From an uncultured Pseudomonadota bacterium (GTDB lineage Bacteria; Pseudomonadota; Gammaproteobacteria; Burkholderiales; SG8-39): a stretch of DNA of 64,000 nt. Positions 28,626 to 37,025 of this stretch are shown piece after piece. Numbering within the stretch: position 1 is the stretch's first letter; every line of letters begins with the position of its first letter. The position numbers were made by a program, and so were the translations under genes. The notes under the pieces were generated by a model, which ran no database searches, was not told the origin of the DNA, and saw only the letters and a program-made list of their open reading frames with translations. The DNA lies in assembly GCA_937907425.1 (NCBI GenBank), contig CALCIE010000075.1, positions 2,897 through 66,896 on the forward strand, given 5' to 3'.

Positions 28626-29690
28626 TCATCCCAGCCCCCGCACCAGATACGGCCCCAGGGTGTTGGCGACGGGCAGCGGCAGCCGGCGCCACAGCGCGAT
28701 GAAGGCCCGGTACCTGGGGTTGTCGGGATTGTTCTGCGGCACCGTCTCGCGCTTGTAGAGCCGGTACTCGTAATGCAGCGGCGTCGGCGCGAAGCCCCAG
28801 TTCTTCTTGAAATCGAAGGCCCCGCTGCCGCGTTTGCTGCGGCCGTAGTCGAACACTTTGTAGCCGCGCTCGCAGGCACGGCGCATCAGCTCCCAGTACT
28901 TGAAATCGTTCGCCGCGAGCTCCCGCGCGCGCACGAGATCGCCCGCGTAGTAGGGCAGCACTTCGTCGCGGAAGTAGAACGTGAGCACGCCCGACACCGG
29001 CTCGCCTCCGGCATCGCGGACGATCAGCACTTCGCAGTCCGCGCCGAACACGCGTTGCAGGGTTTCGAAATAGTGTCGCGGCAACGCCGGCGTGCCGTGC
29101 CGGCGGACGTTGTCGGCGTAAAGCCGGAAGAACCGGTCGACCGTGGAATCGATTTCGCTCACCAGGCCGTTCCTGATGCCCTTGCGCACCATCGCGCGCT
29201 GCTTGCGCGGGATGGCGAGCAGGTTCGCCTCCACCTCGGGCAGGATCTCCTTGCGGAAGGTGACGTAGAGCTCCTGCCTGGGCCAGTCCGGCTCGCGCGA
29301 ATCGCGATTGCGCAGTTCCAGATGTTGCACGCCAAGCGCCTGCGCGATCGACTCGGCTTCACGATGCAGGGCCGCGACCGCTTCGGCATCGGTGGCCGCC
29401 ACGCCGCCGTAGACGGCGAAAGGCAGGGAGCACAGCGCGTGGCCGAACAGCGCCGTCTTCACTTCGGCGAGCGGCAGCACGCCCACCACGCTGCCCTCGC
29501 GTTCGGCGAGCAGATAATGGGTGCGGTGGCGGAACACGTCCTCCAGCACCGTCTTCCAGCCGATGCGATGGAAGAAGGTCGCATCGGGACAGCGTTCGAC
29601 GAAGCTCTCCCAGCGTTCGCGGTCGGCGTCGGTATAGCGGCGCACATCGATCCTGCCCCGTTGTGCCACGCGCGCATCAGTCGGCTTCAT
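28626..29690 (-). CDS. FemAB-related protein, PEP-CTERM system-associated (TIGR03019-like from memory)
   Basis: ATG 29690 overlaps the upstream stop (ATGA). 354 aa; FFHRIGWKTVLEDVF..., NDFKYWELMRRACERGYKVFDYGRS, FDFKKNWGF. Confidence 0.8.
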   Translation of the reverse strand: MKPTDARVAQRGRIDVRRYTDADRERWESFVERCPDATFFHRIGWKTVLEDVFRHRTHYLLAEREGSVVGVLPLAEVKTALFGHALCSLPFAVYGGVAATDAEAVAALHREAESIAQALGVQHLELRNRDSREPDWPRQELYVTFRKEILPEVEANLLAIPRKQRAMVRKGIRNGLVSEIDSTVDRFFRLYADNVRRHGTPALPRHYFETLQRVFGADCEVLIVRDAGGEPVSGVLTFYFRDEVLPYYAGDLVRARELAANDFKYWELMRRACERGYKVFDYGRSKRGSGAFDFKKNWGFAPTPLHYEYRLYKRETVPQNNPDNPRYRAFIALWRRLPLPVANTLGPYLVRGLG

Positions 29691-30538
29691 GCTTCGCCTC
29701 CCAGGAACACGTTGTCGACCCGGTCCCAGTTGAAGTCGCGCAGCAGCCAGCGCAGCCGCGTCTCCATGCGCCGCAGGTTGAGGTAATGACGGAAGCGCGT
29801 CTTCACGCCGAGGCCCCTCACCCGCGGCTGTTCGGGGTCGAGCTCCCAGGGATGGAAGTAGAAGACCGCCGAACGGCGGTCCTCGCGGTTGACGCGCCGG
29901 ATCATCCAGCGCGACAGCTCGTAGGGCATCAGGCGGAAGTAGCCGCCGCCTCCGCCGGGCAGATTGGCGCTGAAGAGCCGCACCGTGGTGATGGGCACTT
30001 CCAGCAGCCCCACGCGCGCTTCGTAAGGGAAGCGCGGCGCGTCCGGCATGCCGTAATGGTCGTGGCGGATGGGATAGACGCTGGAGCTGTAGCGGTAGCC
30101 CGCTTCGGCGATGCAGTCGAACGCCCAGAGGTTGCGCTCGCAGATGGAGAAGCTCGGCGCGCGGTAGCCCTTCACCTCCACGCCGGCCGCATCTTCGATC
30201 ACAATCTTGGCGAGCCGGATGTCGGCCAGGAAAGCTTCGGGCGTCTGCTCGGTGACGCGGTGATGGCCGTAGCCGTGGCTGGCGATCTCGTGGCCTTCCT
30301 CGACGATCGCGCGCACCAGGCGCGGATAGCGCTCCGCGATCCAGCCGAGGGTGAAGAAGGTCGCGCGCGCGCCGGTCTCGCACAGCAGCTCGAGGATGCG
30401 CTCGACGTTGCGCTCGACCCGGCCGGGTAGGCTGCCCCATTCGCTGCGCGGGATATAAGGCGCGAACGCCGAGACCTGGAAGTAGTCTTCCACGTCAATG
30501 GTGAGTGCATTGACGAAATCCTCCGCACGCGCGGGCAT
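29687..30538 (-). CDS. polysaccharide deacetylase, PEP-CTERM locus subfamily (TIGR03006-like from memory)
   Basis: NALTIDVEDYFQV, ATFFTLGWIAERYP, HEIASHGYGH, YFRLMPY, FYFHPWELDPEQP. Confidence 0.85.
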   Translation of the reverse strand: MPARAEDFVNALTIDVEDYFQVSAFAPYIPRSEWGSLPGRVERNVERILELLCETGARATFFTLGWIAERYPRLVRAIVEEGHEIASHGYGHHRVTEQTPEAFLADIRLAKIVIEDAAGVEVKGYRAPSFSICERNLWAFDCIAEAGYRYSSSVYPIRHDHYGMPDAPRFPYEARVGLLEVPITTVRLFSANLPGGGGGYFRLMPYELSRWMIRRVNREDRRSAVFYFHPWELDPEQPRVRGLGVKTRFRHYLNLRRMETRLRWLLRDFNWDRVDNVFLGGEA

Positions 30539-30541
30539 GGC

Positions 30542-31705
30542 TCATGCTCCTGCGAGCGCCGGCTGCCGTTGCAGCCATTGCGCGAGATGCGAGGCGATGC
30601 GTTCGGCGGCGCGACCGTCCCACAGCTCCGGCATGCGTCCGCGCTTGCCGCCGTTGCGCAGGACGTCGCGCACGCAGTTCAGGATCAGTCGCCGGTCGCG
30701 CCCCACCAGGGTGTTGGTGCCCTGCTCCACCGTGACCGGCCGCTCGGTGTTTTCGCGCAGGGTCAGACAAGGCACCGCGAGGGCGGTCGTTTCCTCCTGG
30801 ATGCCGCCGGAGTCGGTCAGCACCAGCGTCGCCGAAGCCTGCAGGCCGAGCATCTCCAGATAGCCTTGCGGCGGCAGCACCACCATGTTCGGCCCGTCGA
30901 TCAGATGCGAGAGCTCGAAACGCTCGATGTTGGCGCGGGTGCGCGGATGCAGCGCGCACACGAGCGGCAGCTCCGCGCTCACTTCGCGCAGCGTGGCGAG
31001 CACGTCGCTCAACACCTCCGGCCGGTCGACGTTCGACGGCCGGTGCAGCGTCACCACCCCGTAGCCCGCGGGATGATCGAGGATCGAAAGCGGCGCGCCC
31101 GCGCGCTGGAGCGTTTCACTGGGCGGCACGGCGCGCGCGCGATGCGCCAGCAGCGAATCGATCATGACGTTGCCGACGAAATGCACGCGTGCCGGATCGA
31201 TGCCTTCGCGCATCAGGTTGTGGTGCGCGCTGCGCTCGGTGGTGTAGAGCACCGCGGCCAGCTGGTCGGTGAGCAGCCGGTTGATCTCCTCCGGCATGCT
31301 GCGGTCGTGACTGCGCAGGCCGGCTTCCACATGTACCACCGGCACGCCCTTCTTCGCCGCCACCAACGCGCAGGCGAGCGTCGAGTTCACGTCGCCCACC
31401 ACTACCACGCAGCAGGGCCGCAGTTCGTCGATCACCGGATCGAAGCCGCGCATCACTTCCGCCGTCTGTACGGCATGCGTGCCGGAACCGACGCCGAGGT
31501 TCAGATCGGGTCGCGGCAGGCTCAGATCCTCGAACAGGCGTTCGTTCAGGATGAGGTCGTAATGCTGTCCGGTATGGACCAGCATCGCGCGCGGCAGGCG
31601 CGGCTCGGCGGCGAAGGCGCGCAGGATGGGCGCCATCTTCATGTAGTTCGGCCGGGCCCCGACCACGCAAACGATCGGACCGTGGTGGCGTCCGAGATCT
31701 CCCAT
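30542..31705 (-). CDS. wecB: UDP-N-acetylglucosamine 2-epimerase (non-hydrolysing)
   Basis: ATG 31705. VCVVGARPNYMKMAPIL, HTGQHYD, VVVGDVNSTLACALVA, HVEAGLRS, MPEEINR, VLTDSGGIQEE. Confidence 0.9.
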   Translation of the reverse strand: MGDLGRHHGPIVCVVGARPNYMKMAPILRAFAAEPRLPRAMLVHTGQHYDLILNERLFEDLSLPRPDLNLGVGSGTHAVQTAEVMRGFDPVIDELRPCCVVVVGDVNSTLACALVAAKKGVPVVHVEAGLRSHDRSMPEEINRLLTDQLAAVLYTTERSAHHNLMREGIDPARVHFVGNVMIDSLLAHRARAVPPSETLQRAGAPLSILDHPAGYGVVTLHRPSNVDRPEVLSDVLATLREVSAELPLVCALHPRTRANIERFELSHLIDGPNMVVLPPQGYLEMLGLQASATLVLTDSGGIQEETTALAVPCLTLRENTERPVTVEQGTNTLVGRDRRLILNCVRDVLRNGGKRGRMPELWDGRAAERIASHLAQWLQRQPALAGA

Positions 31706-31707
31706 AG

Positions 31708-32811
31708 TCAGCGCCCCGGGGGTTCCGCCGTCCGTTCGGCGGCGGAGTCGGTATTCACGTTGGCGAGCTGCTGCAACAGCGACAGCGTGGCGTGCAGCGT
31801 CTGTTCCAGATGCGTGATGCGCCCCTCCAGGCCGGCCAGTACGCTGCCGCTCACGATCTGGCGCGCGAGCCCCGCCTGTTCCGCATTGAACAGCGGGCGG
31901 TCGCTCCTGAACTCGCCGATGTGCGGCACGCGCGGGAAAGGATGCTGGGCCGGCGTGGCGCGGGTATTGTTCACGTCGCTCGCTGGCGCGAGCTCCACGC
32001 CGAGCTCGTCCTTGATCTCCTCGACCACGTTCAGCACGTCGCCCGCCTCGATGCGGTGCTGCTCGGCAAGGTAGGCCGACATCAGCAGGCGGTTGCAGAG
32101 CGTGTTGATGCGGCGCGGGATACCCTTGGTGGCGCGGTGGATCTCGGCGAAGCACTGGTCTTCGAACGCCGGATCGCCGCGCCAGCCCACGCGCGCCAGA
32201 CGATGCTCGATGTAGGCGCGGGTTTCGTCCGGGTCGAGCGGCCCGAGGTGATAGGAGGCGAGCACGCGCTGCCGCAGTTGCTGCATGTGCGGGCTGCGCA
32301 TGGTCTCGCGCAGCTCGGGCTGACCGATGAGGAAGCTCTGCAGCAGCGCATGATTGTCGAGCTGGAAGTTCGACAGCATGCGCAGCTCCTCCACCGCCCG
32401 AGGGGTGAGGTTCTGCGCCTCGTCCACGATCAGCAGCGCACGCTTGCGCTTGGTGGCAAGCGCGACGAAATAGCTCTCGAGCTGCACGAGCAGCGCGGCT
32501 TTGTCCGTGGACTTGATGGGCAGACCGAAGGCCGCGGCCACCGCCTTGAGCATGTCGTCGGCGTCCAGATGCGTGCTGACGAGCTGCGCGGCAACCACCT
32601 TGTTGCTGTCCAGTTGCTGCAGCAGCCCGCGCAACAGGGTCGTCTTGCCTGCGCCGACCTCGCCGGTGATGACGATGAAGCCTTCGCCCTGGAACAGCCC
32701 GTATTGCAGATAGGCGAAAGCCCGCCTGTGCCCGCGGCTGGCGTAATAGAACGCCGGGTCGGGATTGAGCTGGAAGGGCTTGCCGCTCAGACCGTAGAAC
32801 GTTTCGTACAT
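31708..32811 (-). CDS. ExeA/GspA-like AAA ATPase, PEP-CTERM locus subfamily (TIGR03015-like from memory)
   Basis: ATG 32811 gives MYETFYGLSGKPFQLNPDPAFYY... Walker A GEVGAGKTT. Walker B LLIVDEAQNL. Confidence 0.85.
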   Translation of the reverse strand: MYETFYGLSGKPFQLNPDPAFYYASRGHRRAFAYLQYGLFQGEGFIVITGEVGAGKTTLLRGLLQQLDSNKVVAAQLVSTHLDADDMLKAVAAAFGLPIKSTDKAALLVQLESYFVALATKRKRALLIVDEAQNLTPRAVEELRMLSNFQLDNHALLQSFLIGQPELRETMRSPHMQQLRQRVLASYHLGPLDPDETRAYIEHRLARVGWRGDPAFEDQCFAEIHRATKGIPRRINTLCNRLLMSAYLAEQHRIEAGDVLNVVEEIKDELGVELAPASDVNNTRATPAQHPFPRVPHIGEFRSDRPLFNAEQAGLARQIVSGSVLAGLEGRITHLEQTLHATLSLLQQLANVNTDSAAERTAEPPGR

Positions 32812-32813
32812 GT

Positions 32814-34343
32814 CTAGAACCTGTGCGTGAATCCGACGAACACGGCGGTCTCGCGGTAATCGTGGAAAACGCTTTCGTCGGCATCGAAAATCACGTGGCG
32901 CGCACCGACGTAGGCGGTCGTGTCCGGACTGAGCCGCACGTTGACGCTGGCGCGCAGGGTGTGCTGGGTGGAGTCGCGTCTGAAGGGCTCGTCTTCCTTC
33001 ACCCTGGTGCGGTAAAGGCCGACGTTCAGGCGCGTGCGCCCCGTGAGCCGGTGACTCCAGTGCACGCTCGCGCCGCGCTGGTCGATGTGGCGCCCGAACA
33101 GGGTGTTGAGCTCGACCGCGGTGGGATCGTCCTCGTCGGCGAAGCTCTCGGTCTTCAGCCGGTAGACGGTGAAAGTCACGGTGTTGCGCGCGCCGGTGAG
33201 CGCGAGCGAGATCTCCTGCCGCTGAAGGATCTGCAGCTGCTGATTGAAGAAGGGCACGCCCGCGGGCCAGTTCGAAGGCAGCGCGCCCTCGGCCATGAGC
33301 TGCAGGATGCCGAGCAGCCGCTCGGTTTCGTCCGGCCAGCGCCGTTCGTAGACCGGATGGTTGAAGAACAGCTCGCCCAGGTTCGCGCCTTCCCGCAGGG
33401 TGAACAGGTTCTGCGGATAGGTCGTGAGATCGCGCGTCGCGCGCGCGCGCAAGGTCATGAGCGGGCGCCGGTGCTGCAGGCTGAAGAGATAGCCGGTGCC
33501 GAACACGCGCCGCTCGCCGTAGGCCTCGATCGAAGTGCGCGGCGTGGGGAACCACTGGAAGCCGCCACCGTAAATGTCTTCCTCGCGGTCGGCGAACAGC
33601 GACTCGACCCGCTCGTAACCCACGCGCGCGTTGAGGATGAACTGCGGGTCCAGCCGCCAGTAGCCGATGGCGCGCGAGATCTCGGTGGACAGCTCCTGCG
33701 GACTGTCGTCGTAGGAGGTGTCGTTGCGGTCGTAGGTGAGCGCCAGCCCGAAGGTGCGGATCGGCGTGGCGAAGCGGCCGGTGTACTGGTCGGTGCGCGT
33801 GTCGCTCAGCACCGAGCTCTGGTCGGCGTTGGTCCAGATGCTGCTGTAGCGCAGCAGATAGGTGGAATCGCCGAATATCCGGCCGCGCAGGTACGGCGCG
33901 ACGTAATAGGAATAGGCGGTGTAGCGGTTGTCGGTGTCGCTGACGGGGTCGATCGGCTGCGCGCCGAAGGGCGATTCGAACTGCTGGGTCGCGGAGCCGC
34001 CGATCTCCAGATAGGCGAAATCGGACACCGCCTCGTAGGTGCCCTTGCCGTCGAAGCGGTGATCGACGCGGTTGCGATCCCAGTCCTGCAGGTAGAGCAG
34101 GCCCAGCGCCCGGTAATCGAGCGTCACATCGAGCCGATCGCCCTCACCCCGCACGAAGAAGCCGGGTTCCACTTCGGTGATCAGGTCCCACTCCTCTTCG
34201 CCGTCCTCGGACAGCGACACGTTGTTGGTCCACGTTTCCTGCACCCGGATCGTCGGCGTCACGGTCCAGCGCGCCGCCTGTGCCGGTGCCTGGACGAACA
34301 CCGAGGCCACCGCCAATGCCACGGCCGCCCGTTTCAGCCGCAC
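32814..34343 (-). CDS. outer-membrane beta-barrel protein, PEP-CTERM system-associated (TIGR03016-like from memory)
   Basis: Alternating beta-strand pattern throughout and a C-terminal ...VGFTHRF. Start uncertain. GTG 34343 gives a clean signal peptide (M)RLKRAAVALAVASVFVQAPAQA. Track ATG 34475 would add 44 Arg-rich residues and overlap the kinase gene. Confidence 0.7.
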   Translation of the reverse strand: MRLKRAAVALAVASVFVQAPAQAARWTVTPTIRVQETWTNNVSLSEDGEEEWDLITEVEPGFFVRGEGDRLDVTLDYRALGLLYLQDWDRNRVDHRFDGKGTYEAVSDFAYLEIGGSATQQFESPFGAQPIDPVSDTDNRYTAYSYYVAPYLRGRIFGDSTYLLRYSSIWTNADQSSVLSDTRTDQYTGRFATPIRTFGLALTYDRNDTSYDDSPQELSTEISRAIGYWRLDPQFILNARVGYERVESLFADREEDIYGGGFQWFPTPRTSIEAYGERRVFGTGYLFSLQHRRPLMTLRARATRDLTTYPQNLFTLREGANLGELFFNHPVYERRWPDETERLLGILQLMAEGALPSNWPAGVPFFNQQLQILQRQEISLALTGARNTVTFTVYRLKTESFADEDDPTAVELNTLFGRHIDQRGASVHWSHRLTGRTRLNVGLYRTRVKEDEPFRRDSTQHTLRASVNVRLSPDTTAYVGARHVIFDADESVFHDYRETAVFVGFTHRF

Positions 34344-34458
34344 ACGGACGGCACCCGCTTCCCGTTGGGCGAGTTCGATTCCCACAAGATCCCTGAGCGT
34401 TGTTGGTTTTGATTGCGCAGGCACGCGGCCGCGCCGGCGGGGCAACGCCCCGCATGGC

Positions 34459-35364
34459 TCACGCCTGCGCGGCACGCGAATAACCGTAGTACCCGTAGTA
34501 CTGGGCCACCTCCGAGCGAACGGCTTTGTTCAACATCGTCAGCACCACCGGACACGACTCCACATGCGCCAACGCCTGCTTGAGGTTGCTGTGCGTGGTG
34601 GTATCCGCCTCCACCACCACGATCACCTGGCCCATGTGCGTGGCGAGCACGCGCGACTCGGTGGTGGGCAGCAGCGGCGGCGAGTCGAAGATGATCACGC
34701 GGTCGGGATAGCGCGCCGCCATTTCGGCCACCAGCTGCCCCATGAGATCGCTCGCCAGCACTTCGGTGGCGCGCTGATGATGGGTGCCGGCCGGCAGAAT
34801 CGAGAGCTTCTCGACGTTGGTGCGCAGAATCACGTCGGAGAGACTCACGTCCGGATTGGTCAGCACGTCCATGAGGCCGCGCGCAGGCGGCAGTCCCAGC
34901 ACTTTCAGCAGGCCCGGATTGGCGACGTCGGCATCGACCAGCAGCACCGTGCTGTCCAGTTCCATGGCGATGCTCATCGCCAGGTTGAGCGCGCTGAAGC
35001 TCTTGCCCTCGCCCGGCAGCGCGCTGGTGATCATGATGAGGTTGGCGTTCTTCACCGGCACCGGCGATTTGCCCTGCGCATTGGCGAGCAGAGGGCGCTT
35101 GATCACCCGGAACTCGTTGGCGATGGGCGAATGCGGCGCTTCGGGCGTGACCATGCCCATGGCGGCAAGCCGCGACAGGTCCACCTCGACGACACGGCTG
35201 TACTGCACCGGGCCTTGCGGCTGCTGGCTCTTGAGCGGCGTGTACTCCGGACCGCTGTCGTCGCCTGCGGCAGCGGGCGTGCCCTCGACGACGTCGTCGG
35301 GCACCGCGACGCCGGTGCGCTTCAGTTCCTCCAGCCGCTGGGCCGCTTTTTCGATCAGGCTCAT
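34459..35364 (-). CDS. BY-kinase-type tyrosine autokinase, exopolysaccharide/PEP-CTERM locus type (TIGR03018-like from memory)
   Basis: Walker A SALPGEGKS, Walker A' LLVDAD, Walker B IIFDSPP. C-terminal Tyr cluster AQYYGYYGYS. Confidence 0.85.
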   Translation of the reverse strand: MSLIEKAAQRLEELKRTGVAVPDDVVEGTPAAAGDDSGPEYTPLKSQQPQGPVQYSRVVEVDLSRLAAMGMVTPEAPHSPIANEFRVIKRPLLANAQGKSPVPVKNANLIMITSALPGEGKSFSALNLAMSIAMELDSTVLLVDADVANPGLLKVLGLPPARGLMDVLTNPDVSLSDVILRTNVEKLSILPAGTHHQRATEVLASDLMGQLVAEMAARYPDRVIIFDSPPLLPTTESRVLATHMGQVIVVVEADTTTHSNLKQALAHVESCPVVLTMLNKAVRSEVAQYYGYYGYSRAAQA

Positions 35365-35374
35365 CTGACACCTC

Positions 35375-36934
35375 TCAGAATCGGGGACCGCCGACGGTCA
35401 GCAGCATCATCGCCGCGCCGTACACGGCGAACAGACCCGCCACGCCGCCCGCGAACAACGCGACGTTGCGCCTCCGCTGACGGTTCATCGCGGCATTGGT
35501 CAACAGGGACACGGTGCCGAGCACCGGACGTCCGGATACCTCGCGCAGCATGCGGGCATCGTGGAAGGTCGGCAGCGCCTGGCTGATGACGAAGGCGAAG
35601 AACAGGCCCGCGCCGAGCGCGACGAACAGCACTGCCGGCAGCATCAGCAGGCGGTTCGGCGCCACGGGCGTGGGCGAGACCGAGGGCGGATCGATGATGC
35701 GGAAGTCGGCAAGGCCCGCGGCCGCGTCCATTTCGCCGGACAGCGTGGCCGATTCGCGCCGCTGCACCAGCGTCTGGTAGTTGCGCCGCTGCACGTCGTA
35801 GTCGCGGTTGAGCGCGGCGTACTGCGCTTCCACCTCCGGCAGCATCTGCGCCGCGGCACGCATCTTCTCCACCCGCGCCTGCAGTTCGTTGGCGCGCGCC
35901 TGCAATGCGGCGATGTGCGCCTCGGATTCGGCCAGCGCGACCTTCAATTGCTGGAACACCGGATTGGTGTTGAGCGGCCGCGAACCGACCGAACCCGCCA
36001 TGCTCTGGCCACCCGAAGCGCCCTTCTGTTTCTTCTCCTCCTCGAGCGAGGCGATCAGCCGTTTGGTGTACTGCACGTCGGGATGCGCTTCGGTGTAGCG
36101 CCGCAGCAGTTCGTCCAGGTTGCGCTTCTGCGCTTCGATACGCAGATCCAGTTCGGAAGCCGGACCGGCCGGCGCGAGCGCGGTCCCGTCCGGGAGATAG
36201 ACGGCCTCCTCGCCGTCGAGCTGGCGCTTGTAGGAGTCGCGCACCTGTTCGGCCGCGCGCAGTTCCAGATTGACGCGCGCGAGCTCTTCGTTGAGGCGCT
36301 GCATCTGCTGGTAGTAGGCGTTGCCGTCGCCACCCATCATGCCCATGTGCTTGAGCTTGAATTCCTTCACGCGGTTCTCGGCTTCGCGCAGCTTGGCCTC
36401 GTACACCGCGATCTGTTCGTCGATGAAGCGGCGTGCGGCGTCCGAGCCCTTGCGTTTATCGCCGATGCCCGACTCGACGAACATCGACAGGAGCGCCTGC
36501 ACCACCCGCTTCGCCTCGGCGGGATTGGTGTGGCGATAGGTGATGGTGTAGAGGTTCTGCCGGTCGCTGCCTTTGAGCTGCAGCGTCTTCATCAGATGAT
36601 CGATGAGCTGCTCCTTCTGGCGCGTGGTCTGGATGTTGTGGTCCAGGTCCGCCATGCGGATCAGCTTCTCGATGTTGGGACGGCTGATCAGCGTGCGGCT
36701 CAGGATGGCGATCTGCTGATCGACGTTGGGCTGCACCGCCAGGCCAGACATCAGCGGCTTCAGCACCGACTGGGTATCGACGTACACCCGCGCGCTCGCC
36801 TCGTACTGGTCTGGCATCTTGAACAGCATGATCGCGCCGGCGATGCCGACGATCCATGCCACGGCGAGCCCCGGCCAGCGGCGCCGCCACATGCCGCGCA
36901 GGTACGTCATCAGTTGTTGCAGCAACTCGTCCAT
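35375..36934 (-). CDS. polysaccharide chain-length determinant (Wzz/PCP) protein, PEP-CTERM locus subfamily
   Basis: RBS GAGGTGG. N-terminal TM (WPGLAVAWIVGIAGAIMLF), long coiled-coil periplasmic region, C-terminal TM(s). Confidence 0.85.
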   Translation of the reverse strand: MDELLQQLMTYLRGMWRRRWPGLAVAWIVGIAGAIMLFKMPDQYEASARVYVDTQSVLKPLMSGLAVQPNVDQQIAILSRTLISRPNIEKLIRMADLDHNIQTTRQKEQLIDHLMKTLQLKGSDRQNLYTITYRHTNPAEAKRVVQALLSMFVESGIGDKRKGSDAARRFIDEQIAVYEAKLREAENRVKEFKLKHMGMMGGDGNAYYQQMQRLNEELARVNLELRAAEQVRDSYKRQLDGEEAVYLPDGTALAPAGPASELDLRIEAQKRNLDELLRRYTEAHPDVQYTKRLIASLEEEKKQKGASGGQSMAGSVGSRPLNTNPVFQQLKVALAESEAHIAALQARANELQARVEKMRAAAQMLPEVEAQYAALNRDYDVQRRNYQTLVQRRESATLSGEMDAAAGLADFRIIDPPSVSPTPVAPNRLLMLPAVLFVALGAGLFFAFVISQALPTFHDARMLREVSGRPVLGTVSLLTNAAMNRQRRRNVALFAGGVAGLFAVYGAAMMLLTVGGPRF

Positions 36935-37025
36935 GAATCACCACCTCAGCAGAACGTCTCAATCACCGCGCCGGGCCGGCGGCCGTTCGACGCTTCCTCG
37001 TCATCCGCCGAGCGCCGCCGTTCCG

